A stretch of 64,000 nt of DNA, taken from NCBI RefSeq assembly GCF_006345805.1, contig NC_042999.1:41788001-41852000 (forward strand), in the 5' to 3' direction. The notes below the pieces were generated by a model. That model worked only from the letters and a program-made list of their open reading frames with translations, had not been told where the DNA came from and did not search any database. A program made the translations under genes and the position numbers. This DNA comes from Octopus sinensis. Lineage: Eukaryota. Numbering within the stretch: the stretch's first letter is position 1; each line of letters starts with the position of its first letter. Below, piece by piece: positions 1 through 10,990 of the stretch.

Positions 1-66
1 TTGTCATTTCCACGGTAGCTATAAAACGTTTTGGTTTGGCAGAAAAGAGATAAAATATTAAACATA

Positions 67-222
67 GGCGCGGTTATATGTGTGGGTAACAAGACTGATT
101 CCCAATGTGGTTTCGGGTTCAATCCAACTGCGTGGTATCTTGGGCAAGTGTCTTCTATAACTTCAAGCTGAAGAAAGCTTTGCTAGCCGATTTGATTCAC
201 AGAAACAGAAGGAAGTCCGCCT

Positions 223-270
<48 letters not shown>
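67..270 (+). mobile_element. tRNA-derived CORE-type SINE (family A), diverged 5' half running into (TA)/(TG) microsatellite
   Basis: Head GGCGC..GTGTGGGTAA, B-box-like GGTTCAATCC and CORE-like ATCTTGGGCAAGTGTCTT; matches the intact copies at 40216 and 58289. Confidence 0.8.
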
Positions 271-275
<5 letters not shown>

Positions 276-1217
276 GCATATATATACACATTTGTGTGTA
301 TGTATGTATGTCAGTAGGTATGTATGTGTGTGCATCATGGGTAGACTCATTCGTCGCACGGGTTCAAGCCATCACACCTTGTTTTGGGGTGTCTTTAACA
401 GAGTCTATTCTGTTGCAAGTATTTGGGTCTCATCACCATTCTATCGATACCATACTACTACGCAACAGTGTCTAGGACCTTTAAAGTGTAAGGAATTCCA
501 TACCATCATCGTATATGACCATTATTTTATGAATACCTGGCCCATGATTGCTGAACGTATTGGGGCCATATTACCTTTAGGAAGTAGCATATACCGGATG
601 ATATCCTCTAATGCTAACACAATCTTTTATATTGCTTGCGCATCCATGATGAAAGGAACTAATATGAAATGCAATAATATGCAGTAAAACATTAATGTTA
701 GATTCCAATAATGACGAAGAACGGTCTTCGTTTCTCTGAAGATACTTGAACAACTGCTAACACATGCTCTCTTCTTCTACAGCCATACTGTTCAACAGCA
801 TCGTGTATACAATAGCCATACAATTCAACTGTACCAGAATGCCAACACCCTACTGCATGACAACGCAAAAACTAATAAACCGTTCTCATCATATTACATT
901 TTAATATAGCGATCGTCTTCAAGGTCGCCTCATATACATGTTTATGTGTGAATATCAAGGTAGCTAGTTCACGCCATTGAAAAGACCCCAATATGGAGAA
1001 ATACCTCTGAAGTTTATGCTGGCCATTGTTGAGGTGCGGTTTCATCTCTCCCCGGTATTTATTGTTCTTTAACACAGCATATCCATAACAGATGTTATCA
1101 CAAGACAAAAACAGCAATAAATGACCTATTAACGGCATGTATATATTAAGCAATATGTAAAATGGTCATATTAATTTATTACTGCTTAATTTCGTTATGC
1201 TGCATACATACACGCAC

Positions 1218-1279
<62 letters not shown>

Positions 1280-1286
1280 AATATAT

Positions 1287-1495
1287 GTCTATTGACCGCG
1301 TGTGTACCGTTGGCGATTTTTTTCCTCTGTCTTCCCTTCTCTGGATCTTTCCTTCCGCTATGTTTCCGACGAAGAGCTCCGCTCGAAACATTAAACCTTC
1401 CTTCTTTCCTTCTTTCCTGAGCGTCCAATAATACTATATTTGTTCCACGTCCTCGCGTTGTTGTGTTTTTTTTGTGCTTTCTTGTTTGGATTAAC
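1287..1495 (+). mobile_element. Short ORF-less element carrying a decayed minimal hammerhead, flanked by (TA)n; probable Penelope-like (PLE) terminal fragment
   Basis: Unique ~200-bp sequence between two (TA)n tracts; HHR motif at 1362-1396; downstream TTCCTGAGCGT shared with the elements at 28905 and 60699. Confidence 0.6.
1362..1396 (+). ncRNA. Minimal type I hammerhead ribozyme, decayed (U4C; ACGT>ACAT)
   Basis: GTTT-CCGACGA-A-GAGC(TCC)GCTC-GAA-ACAT-T-AAAC: stem I GTTT/AAAC, stem II GAGC/GCTC. Confidence 0.6.
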
Positions 1496-1572
1496 TATAT
1501 ATGTATGTATATATGTATATGTAAATATATATACATATACATACATATATGCATACATATATACATACATAT

Positions 1573-1610
<38 letters not shown>

Positions 1611-1659
1611 TGTCATAAGTCCGAGAGATTTTATTAACTTCCCATTTTCTCGTGTTTTT

Positions 1660-1708
<49 letters not shown>

Positions 1709-2222
1709 AAGCAAAAATTCCAGATCTAAAATCTATCTAAGAGATCAACGCAGTAGTTTTACTAACAAGTAATGTTCGCAGTCACTTCAACTTGGCTTTC
1801 CATTTGAATGGGCTTTACTGCGATCGTTTAACCCCAAGAGGACATCTCTAGCTCGCTAAAGATGCACAGCTGCATCCGAGATAGTGCGAGAAGGAGAGCG
1901 AACCCCTACCACCTTCTAGCCACGACCAGCAAACCAGGCTGGTTTCGGGTTATTTCTGCCTCTCTTCAGTACTGGACACATCTTCTTCTAGAGATGGTAG
2001 TAGCTCGCTTCTGCTCGCAATATATATAATTTCAAGCGACATACATATCTGTATTTGTAAATCTCGAACGGCGACGAATGAGTCCTCAACACCGCATTGG
2101 AGGAGAAATTGTTTTTATTTGTGTATTGATGGCTACCATTGATTTCATGTTATGATATTAAGATATTTCTCTTAACGTGACACCAATGTAGCCTCAATAC
2201 ACAAATAAAGAAATATATCTAT
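1709..2222 (-). mobile_element. ORF-less ~510-bp hammerhead-bearing element embedded in (TA)n
   Basis: Unique sequence bounded by (TA)n on both sides; contains an intact HHR (1926-1975) and a terminal inverted repeat (2114-2209). Confidence 0.55.
1926..1975 (-). ncRNA. Type I hammerhead ribozyme with intact catalytic core
   Basis: Minus strand CCAGTA-CTGAAGA-GAGG(CAGAAATAA)CCC-GAA-ACCAG(C)CTGGT-T-TGCTGG: 6-bp stem I, stem II with one bulge, 4-5-bp stem III, GUU cleavage triplet. Confidence 0.8.
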
Positions 2223-2242
2223 ATATCTATATATATATATCT

Positions 2243-2600
2243 TTTTGCCGATCGGCCTGGTTACAGGGGCGTAAACACCCCAGCAACAGTTGTCAAGCGG
2301 TTGTCAAGCGGTAAACACAGAGACAGACACGCAAGCACACACATACGCACGCACATACGCACGCACACACACACGCACACACACACACACACACACGCAC
2401 ACATATACACACACACACACATACACACACACAGACACACAGACACACACACAGACACACACACACGACAGGCTTCTTTCAGTTTCTGTCTACCAAATCC
2501 GCTCACAAGGCTATAGTAGAAGACTCTTGCCCAAGATGTTACGGTTATACAGTGGGACCAAACTCGAAACCATGTGGAAAGGAAGTGTGCTTCTTTATGC
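2243..2600 (-). mobile_element. CORE-type SINE (family A)
   Basis: Reverse complement of the family A body (GACAGGCTTCTTTCAGTTTCTGTCTACCAAATCC, TTGCCCAAG) with internal (CA)n. Confidence 0.85.
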
Positions 2601-3042
2601 TTCTCATCAAATTTGCCATAAAGGCACTACATAGATAGAAGTAAATGCAGGTTGGACAACAACACAAATGAAATTAATGATGAGCAAAATAATGATATTG
2701 ATGAAGGAAGCAGACGACGCCCGCCGATCGATGCTTTCCGAAAACATTGTTCTTTTTTTTCTTTTATAAAAACCAATTGAGGTTATAAACCTCTTGCTAT
2801 TGTTCTTTGGGACACAAGGTCCTTTCAAATGAGGCACTAAGCCTCTTACATTTTTCACAAATGGACTCCACGTCCTTACAAAATGTGGCGCTAATCCTCT
2901 TGAATTTTTTACAACTCGAGGCATTAAAGCCTCTTACTTCCATGCCCGGCTAGGCCCACCGCCTCATTCAAGCACCCGGACGCTGCCAAGTCAGGGCACT
3001 TTAGCATAAATTTAAATATATCCTCGGAGAAGGAGATCATTA

Positions 3043-3114
3043 TCCTGCGCTAGTCGGTTTCTCCTATGACCTCCGCAGCCATCTGCGGAGGCCAATTAGG
3101 TCTTCAGTGCAGGA
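3043..3114 (-). ncRNA. Degenerate hammerhead-like structure with long stem II
   Basis: Minus strand TCCTGCA-CTGAAGA-CCTA..TGGCCTCCGCAG(ATGG)CTGCGGAGGTCA-TAGG-A-GAAA..CGCAGGA; stems I and II pair, but 10.1-11.1 and stem III are non-canonical. Confidence 0.45.
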
Positions 3115-3985
3115 CAGAACCCCTTCCCTCTGGCCTTTTTTTTTCACCTTCTTTACAAAGTTTTGTAAAGCCCCTCCTTGTGAAAGAGGATTACAAATTC
3201 CTCGTCTATCAAATAGGAAGGGGCCACAGTTTCTTCCGTCGGTGGCACAATTCCCACCGACGGGGTTTCGGGACATGTCGGCAGCGTTTTAGTAACCGCC
3301 GGTAATGCCCCGTTTTTCTTCTTTTTTTTTCCTTTTGCCACGGGAGGGTGGAGTTCTTCCGTTTTGCCCGGAAGATTTTCCTTCCCTCCCGCAGCCTTAG
3401 GATCCCTCGGTGGGCAACCATTTCCACCAACATTCTCACCGCACACCCACGCTTATGCATGTGTATGCGTGTGTGTGTGTGGATGTGGGTGGTTTGTGGA
3501 TATGTATGTTTAGTTATGCATGTGTATATATACATGCTCACGCATTTGTAAATATGTTACAGGTCGTAATTTAGGGTGAATTTCTAAACAAACATGTAGT
3601 GATCTTTTTATTCTCATCAAACGGAAGTAAGATAAAGGACCAGTCTCCTTTCATTCATCCGTCTGCTCAAGAAGAGAAATGCATAGAAGTAATTATTTAA
3701 ATCAATCAAAATTAACGCCTAGTTGCAAACGTGATTAACCTGTATTCGCGAGCAATGTGGTCAAATAATTGATATTAATTCGCAACACAGCATTCGTTAA
3801 AATCCTAAGAGAAACTGCAAAGTAGTTAAACTCTATCATTTAGGGCTATTGCTATGAAACTATGAGCAGATGTAAAATACACTTGATAATTTCTCTGTAC
3901 GTACGCACGCACGGACGCACACACAAGATATGCATTTTCCGCAGCTTTTAGACTACTCATAAGACGATTAATACCTAGGAAGAAA

Positions 3986-4216
3986 GCGGCGAGCTGGCAG
4001 AAACGTTAGCGCGCCGGGCGAAATGCTTAGTGGTATTTCGTCTGCCGCTACGTTCTGAGTTCAAATTCCGCCGAGGTCGACTTTGCCTTTCATCCTTTCG
4101 GGGTCGATTAAATTAGTACCAGTTACGCACTGGGGTCGATATAATCGACTTAATCCGTTTGTCTGTCCTTGTTTGTCCTCTCTGTGTTTAGCCCCTTGTG
4201 GGTAGTAAAAAAATAG
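3986..4216 (+). mobile_element. tRNA-derived SINE (family B), full monomer
   Basis: A-box TGGCAGAAACGTTAG, B-box GAGTTCAAATTCC, tail CCCCTTGTGGGTAGTAAAAAAATAG; probable TSD GATTAATACCT at 3966-3976 and 4216-4226. Confidence 0.9.
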
Positions 4217-4553
4217 ATTAATACCTGCGACGTACTTGCAACCATAAATGTTACTATATATCTCAGAACATGGCAATAATTTATTGTCCATGTGCAGAAA
4301 TCTACCAAAGAACTCAATAACGAACGACTAAAAGTAATATAAATTGTCTTTATCTTATGTACTCTAACGGAATTAGAAAGAAATCAGGGAAATGGGTTAA
4401 AATTAATATACATTAAAATTAATGCATTTCATTTTTTGATAAATATTTATAATTTATCGCTCCGAACTTACACTCAAATTAGATGACGCACTGAGCAGCA
4501 GATTGTTATCACACAATTTCAATATATTTGAATTCACATTCATTTAAATAAAA

Positions 4554-4950
4554 CTAGCAGTATCGCCGGCGTTGCTCGGCGTTGTAAGGGAAATAACTAT
4601 ATAAGCATTTTTAGAGAGTTATAGCCAAAAAATAGCAAAAATAATGCATTAAAAATGGAAAAAATATGATGGTAAATTTTTTTTAAATCGTTGTCTCATC
4701 GTAGACATTTTTAGAGAGTTACTTCCCTTTATTTAAAAAATATGCGTTAAAATGGAAAAAAATGATGTTAAATTATTTTTAAAATCGTAGACTCATCGTA
4801 GACGCGTGCTAATACCCAGAAGGGCTCGCTATGAATCACGACTATAAGATACCCGGTTTTGGTTAAACTGCGCCGCAAAATGTGGGAGTAGTTAGGAATC
4901 TAAATCGTAGGAGACAGACACTCACACAACTTCACTTTTACATATAAAGA
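4554..4950 (-). mobile_element. Non-autonomous Helitron
   Basis: Minus strand starts A|TC TTTATATGTAAAAGTGAAGTTGTGTG and ends with hairpin CGCCGAGCAACGCCGGCG then ATACTG-CTAG|T. Confidence 0.85.
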
Positions 4951-5261
4951 TATCTACAACTTAGGTCTTACGTTGTATGTTTTGCAAGTGTATTCATATT
5001 AGTGCAGTTCGTTTATGCTTTAAATTGTCCGTTTTTGCTTGTGTTTTCCTGCATCCAGCTGTCAGAAACACGTATGTTGCCCCGGATATACATATTTGGC
5101 TTGGGTTGTTTCTTTTTATTTAATTCTTTTTATTCATCTTATTTTTTTTTGTTTTTTGTTTTTTAAATTCTGTTAGACTCTATAACCTTTTAATGGCTGA
5201 TATTTCTGTATAGAATATCTGTTTATTATGCTCTTAGGCAGATTTCTGCCTTGAGGAGGGA

Positions 5262-5730
5262 ACGAGAACAACAACTGCAACAACAACGAGGACAACGAGA
5301 ACAACAACGACAGCGAGAACAACAACAACGAGAACAACAACAACGAGAACAACAACAACGAGAACAACAACAACGAGAACAATAACAACGAGAACAACAA
5401 CAACGAGAACAACAACGAGAACAACAACAAGGAGAACAACAACGTGAACAACAACGAGAACAACAAGAACAACAAGGAGAACTATAACAACAAGGAGAAC
5501 AACAACAAGAAGAAGAACAACAACAACAACGAGAACAACAACAACATAAACAACAAGGAGAACAACAACAAGAACAACAACAACAACAACAACGAGAACA
5601 ACAACAACAGAAACAACAAGGAGAACAACAACAACAAAAACAACAAGGAGAACAACAACAACAACAACAACAAAGAGAACAAGAAGATTTTGGCAGCGAC
5701 GACGGCAATGATGATGATGATGATGATTCC
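5262..5730. repeat. Compound (AAC)n / GAGAACAACAACAAC microsatellite-minisatellite
   Basis: Direct inspection; source of the spurious Cys/Val/Asn-rich ORFs. Confidence 0.95.
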
Positions 5731-5964
5731 AAATGGAAGGCGTTCGGAAAGTAAGAAAGAACAGATAAGAAAATAAAGAAAGTGCAGAGAAGAAAAGAAA
5801 TGGAGAGAGAACGAGAGAAAACGATGTTAAAGAATATACTAAAGCCGATGCGGACGTAGCACATGAATGAGTAATATTATATACATTATACACTTTGTTA
5901 TTTAATGCGAATATCCTGAGATTAAAGTTATTGCCATTTCATATTCATATACTCTCTGTTATTA

Positions 5965-6357
5965 TTTTACTTGTTTCAGTCATTTGACTGCGGCCATGCT
6001 GGAGCACCGCCTTTTAGTCGAGCAAATCGACCCCGGGACTTATTCTTTGTTATCCCAGTACTTATTCTATCGGTCTCTCTTTTGCCGAACCGCTAAGTGA
6101 CGGGGACGTAAACACACCAGCATCGGTTGTCAAGCAATGCTAGGGAGACAAACACAGACACACAAACACATACATATATATATATACATATATACGACAG
6201 GCTTCTTTCAGTTTCCGTCTACCAAATCCACTTACAAGGCATTGGTCGGCCCGGGGTTATAGCAGAAGACACTTGCTCAAGATGCCACGCAGTGGGACTG
6301 AACCCGGAACCATGTGGTTGGTTAGCGAGCTACTTACCACACAGCCACTCCTGCGCC
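5965..6357 (-). mobile_element. CORE-type SINE (family A), full length
   Basis: From tail (reverse complement TTTTACTTGTTTCAGTCATTTGACTGCGGCCATGCTGGAGCACCGCC) to head (ACACAGCCACTCCTGCGCC). Confidence 0.92.
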
Positions 6358-6754
6358 TTAGTTGCCTTACCAACTTGTGTCGCTTTTTCTTTGTTTTTTA
6401 ATCATTTTACCTCCGCGCCCTCACATTTGCACAGCGTTGACTATATTTTGACATTTCTACAACTTTCATATTATGATAAAAAAAAAACATAGCATGTTTT
6501 TCTATTACATCTTTCATTCATTGGACAGCAGCCAATAAGTAAAGTTTAGTAAAAAAATAAATAATCGATCCCATAACTTATTGTGTTTCAAAATCTGGCA
6601 CTTAAACTAACATATTCTTTTGCCGAATCGTTAAGACACGGGACATAAACGAACCAATACCAGTTGTGTAGCGTTATGGTGGGACAAACATAAAGACATG
6701 CACATACACACACTACACGTAGACACACACACACGCACACACACACACACACAT

Positions 6755-6817
<63 letters not shown>

Positions 6818-7202
6818 GTGAAATAGAAAGATGAATAATCTTGTAGTAGATTAATCAAAAGTTTAACCGATACCTTAGTAGCAAAAATCACAGCAGTAAA
6901 CAGCACGGTTGGAGGTACAACCATCTGGCGTTGCAACCGTGCGTTGGTGCGGATAATTGAAATTAAAACATTATTGGTGAATTGAAGAAATGGAGCTGAA
7001 CGCAGATTGAACAGAAATCGTTTTATTTCATTCTACACGTGTTTCGAAAGGCACAAATTACCAAAATCCGATTGAATAATGGGACCATATTGTGTTGCTA
7101 CTAAGGTATCGGTTAAACTTTTGATTAATCTACTACAAGATTATTCATCTTTCTATTTCACATAATACATACCGCTTCGTCAAGAAACTGCTACTTTAAC
7201 CG

Positions 7203-9895
7203 ATGCCAATAATGGAGTTGTTCGAGATTGATGCGTCCCTTAAGGATATTCCTATACCACCAAAGGATGCCTTCCTTAAGGAGTTGGTTTGTAAAACCAA
7301 CGCATTCATAAACCGGATAAGATGGCTCATTTTCTTCCACGAGAACGAAGATCTAAAATCGAACCGGACAACAGCATCGTCCGAATACGGCCGGCTTTTT
7401 AAAACATTGGATACGCCGCCACCGAACCCAAGACTGAAGAAGTTTGAGGACGACTTGTGGGACATAGTTAGAAAGATTAAGTTCAGGAAGTCACCCAGGA
7501 GAAATGCCCACCTCAGATACCTAGATAAAATTACCAAGGACATTAATAGAACGGACGGAGTCCTGGTCCAGTCCGACAAGACCAGGAACACATACAAGAT
7601 GCCCATTAAGCAGTACCTAGATTTACTCGGTAAAGAGATCAAGAAAAATTATAGAAAAACCAATTGGAGTACCCTGAGGAAGGTAAACTTGGAAATTAAG
7701 GATATAATATTTAAACACCGAATTCAAATGAGAACTCAGCCGCTTAGCCCCAAGCAACCCAGATTTATAGTGAAGGACCATAAACCTAACTTCCACACCA
7801 ACCCAGCGCTAAGACTCATATGCCCTGCTAGATCTGATATCGGGATAATCAGTAAGTACATTTTAGATAAATATATCCCTAGTTTAGTAAACAAGCTGAA
7901 GCTCAGCCTCTGGGCCAACTCCTCGCAGGTAGTGAAGTGGTTCTCTTCCATCCCCAATAAGAACCGTACTAGGTTCATTCAGTTTGATATCGCCAGCTTC
8001 TACCCCTCGATTAACCCTAGTGTGCTAAATAAGGCCCTCTGGCATGCTCACAACAAGGCTGGCCTCACCAGAGAAGAGATAGATATCATTTTAGTTGCCA
8101 GGAAATCGTTTATTAAGTTTGATAATAAGTTGTGGATCCGTAAAGATACTCCCAATGAATTTGATGTGCCTATGGGTAGTTCGGATAGTGCGCAGATAGC
8201 CGATTTGGTCGGAATATATATTCTCTACGAATTGTCCGACCAATTCCCGGAGATCGCGGGCGGCCTGTATCGTGACGATTGTCTGTTTTACCTGCAAAAC
8301 ATCACGAACAGAATAGTGCAGAAAACTAAGAGCAGGTTAGCTAGGTTTTTTAATAGAATGGGCATGAGTATAGTTTTTGATAATGAACTCACCAAGGCTA
8401 ATTTCCTAGACGTTACACTTAACCTTAATAGCGACTCATACTGCCCTTACCATAAGCCTTCCACTAATTTGAAGTATGTCAGTGTCTTCTCAAATCATGC
8501 CAAAACCGTAACAGACAATTTGGTTAAAAACATCTCTCTAAGATTGTCTGGCTTGTCCGCCAGTGCCGATATTTTTATGCAGAAAGCGGAATTTTATAAC
8601 GCCGCACTATCCAAGGCCGGTTATAGGCAGAAGGTAATTTATATTGATCCGGCCCTTCCGATGCCATCATTCGGTCATCAGGATAGGGCCGTATATAATA
8701 ACATTAACATTTTAAGTAAGGACGGGAGCGCGGCGGATGCCGGGGTAGTCGCTCCCGCATTTAATTTAGCGAACAAGGATAATTATCGGTCCGGGAGGTC
8801 TTACACTAACCCAAGACCCGTTATTCATCCGAGAATCACCCACCCGAATGCGAGAGCTGGCGTCCCGACCCATCACACTGATAGGAATAAGCATATATGG
8901 TTTGTAATCCCCTTTGGTAAGCAGATTAGAACTAACCTCCCCCTCATGTTTAGACAAGCCATCGCCAATAACTTCCCCAGAAATTCCAAATATTACTCCA
9001 CGGTTAACTCACATAAAGTTAGGATAGCTTTCTCCAACACTAAAACCTCGCCCAGATAATCGCCTCCCATAATAATAGGCTACTTACTAAGACCCTATCA
9101 CCTTTTTCCGGAGGCACAGCCTCTTCCGCTCCCGGTTTAATGCTCAGTAGGAATAATTATAGTAGTAATAATGATATGAGAGCCAGTACAGTGACACATA
9201 ATCTCAGCTCCAGCCAGGGAGTACCCACTAGGGGTATAGTTATAAATAGGGGTGTTGTGGTTGACGGTAATAATGGGAGTAGGGTAGAGAGCCCCATTAG
9301 CATCCCCAGCATCATTTCCCGCAATAGCAGTACCACGGCAGTAGCAATGACAGCACTCTGATAGATAGTGGAGAATCAGGGTTATTCCTATAGTTAATAG
9401 TGACGTAGTGGAAAATAGAGTAGTAAGCGGCTGCAGGTCTCGGAACGAATATAGTGACAGGAACGCAGTTCTAATTTCAGAAACTAATCCTAGCAGATTA
9501 AGATTCACGTCGGCGAACTCCAAGATCAAAAACGCCGTCTACCAATGCAAGGTTTACACGGACTCAGATGCCTTCACTTATGTAGGGGCATCATCCTCAA
9601 GATTGTCTTTGCGTGTCTCCAACCATTACGCAACTTTTCGGGACGTGAACAAGCGCCAGACCACGGGACTCAGTAAGCTAATATGGCGACTGAAGGATGC
9701 GAACTTAAGCTATAGGCTGGAATGGTCAATTTGTCGGTGGCCCTCCCATTTGATAGGGGCAGAAGACAGTGCAACCTTTGTGTCTCCGAACTCTTCCATA
9801 TTTTGTTTGCCAGAGGCCGGATGGTAAACGGGCTCTTACAGTCGGCTTTTCGATGCCCCCATTGGCGGCGTTACACTTATCTGGCCTTTAAATAG
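7203..9895 (+). CDS. PLE reverse transcriptase / GIY-YIG endonuclease polyprotein (~900 aa after correcting four -1 frameshifts)
   Basis: N-term SLKDIPIP..FINRIRW; RT motifs FIQFDIASFYPSI, DVPMGSSDSAQIADL, GLYRDD, NFLDVTL; IASHNNRLL; VYQCKV..TYVG..RVSNH..LSKLIW; C-term QCNLCVSE..VN..CPH then TAG at 9893-9895. Frameshifts near 9043, 9335, 9375 and 9737. Confidence 0.88.
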
Positions 9896-10494
9896 CGTTT
9901 ATAAATAATACCGGCACCCATAGCCCTTGGTAACAAATTCTGAAATAGCCTTTAAGATATCTACGATTAACCACTGCAAGGGGAATTACTCCTGTAAGAC
10001 AAACGGGGCTTGGTTTTCTCACAGCGGGGGGTTTCCTTGACAAGGCAGGCTTAGATGAACACACACACACATAAAACATAATATATATATATTTTTTTTT
10101 TATTTTTTTCTTTCTGCCACCCAACGGTTATCACGGCAGTAGCCACTGACAGCCGAACGATCAAACGCACACACGTACACAAAAAATGTTTTCTACCCCT
10201 ACGCCAACACACACATATATAGAACAGTATACACACACACGTCTCTAAGTAGATTTTTTCTCGCCCCTTATAAAACATCCAATATTCCTTAAATAGTCAG
10301 AACTTTATTCTCGGTCACAAAGAACATCTATACACCCTCACCCACATGATTGACCGATGCCTGACCCGTTGAATTCTTCAGCCACCGGTTCTCAACATAC
10401 ACTGATAAACAGTTTCGCCATGGGCTCTTAGGAGCACAGTTCGATTTGTTTTTTGCTCCGCCTCTGTTCTGTTTTTGTTTTTCCAACGGATTTC

Positions 10495-10590
10495 CTTTTT
10501 TCTTCCTGAAGAGAAAGACACAATATGGTCCCATTATTCAATCGGATTTTGGTAATTTGTGCCTTTCGAAACACGTGTAGAATGAAATAA
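10495..10590 (+). ncRNA. Type I hammerhead ribozyme of the PLE pLTR (palindromic stem III)
   Basis: CTGAAGA at 10506-10512; stem II GAAAGACACAA/TTGTGCCTTTC; GAAA at 10568-10571; palindrome ACACGTGT at 10571-10578; cleavage after GTA (10579); stem I TTC/GAA. Confidence 0.85.
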
Positions 10591-10651
10591 AACGATTTCT
10601 GTTCAATCTGCGTTCAGCTCCATTTCTTCAATTCACCAATAATGTTATATA

Positions 10652-10682
<31 letters not shown>

Positions 10683-10744
10683 GTATTTATATATACATGT
10701 ATATATACACATATATATATACACATATACATATATATACACAC

Positions 10745-10779
<35 letters not shown>

Positions 10780-10854
10780 TATATATATACATATATACGT
10801 GTGTGTGTGTGTGTTATATATATATATATATATATAAGATATACATATGTATAT

Positions 10855-10990
10855 ATGATGTCTACCGAGTTCTCTCGTAAGTCATTTGTCAGCCAAAGCT
10901 ATGGAAGGGGACACACTTGCCTAAGGTGACACACAGTGGAATAGAACCCGAAATCAGCTGGTTGCAATTGGGTTTCTAAACCACACACCC
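10855..10990 (-). mobile_element. Family A SINE 5' fragment, diverged
   Basis: CACACTTGCCTAAGGTGACACACAGTGGAATAGAACCCG resembles the reverse complement of the head/CORE. Confidence 0.65.

Larger units (their letters stand above)
6816..10645 (+). mobile_element. Penelope-like retroelement (Naiad-type), full length, with inverted 5' pseudo-LTR; both ends in (TA)n
   Basis: RT and GIY-YIG coding region 7203-9895; 3' pLTR with HHR; 6816-7094 is an antisense copy of the pLTR; 6816-6884 and 7095-7163 are inverted repeats. Confidence 0.9.

Noticed and set aside
2073-2112. Plus-strand hammerhead-like CGAATGAG-TCCTC..GAGGA-GAAA, opposite in polarity to the 1926 HHR (would suggest an ambisense viroid-like element)
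   Set aside because: Two core substitutions, missing C11.1 and no convincing stems I or III.
5173-5893. Cys-rich (metallothionein/keratin-associated-like), Val-rich and Asn-rich ORFs
   Set aside because: They are alternative-frame translations of an (AAC)n compound microsatellite.
9359-9364. In-frame TGA in the PLE linker as possible selenocysteine (some Naiads are selenoproteins)
   Set aside because: TGA is followed immediately by TAG, is bypassed by a -1 frame correction and is not at a Cys-motif position. I could not identify a SECIS by eye; a SECIS search of 9896-10500 would settle it.
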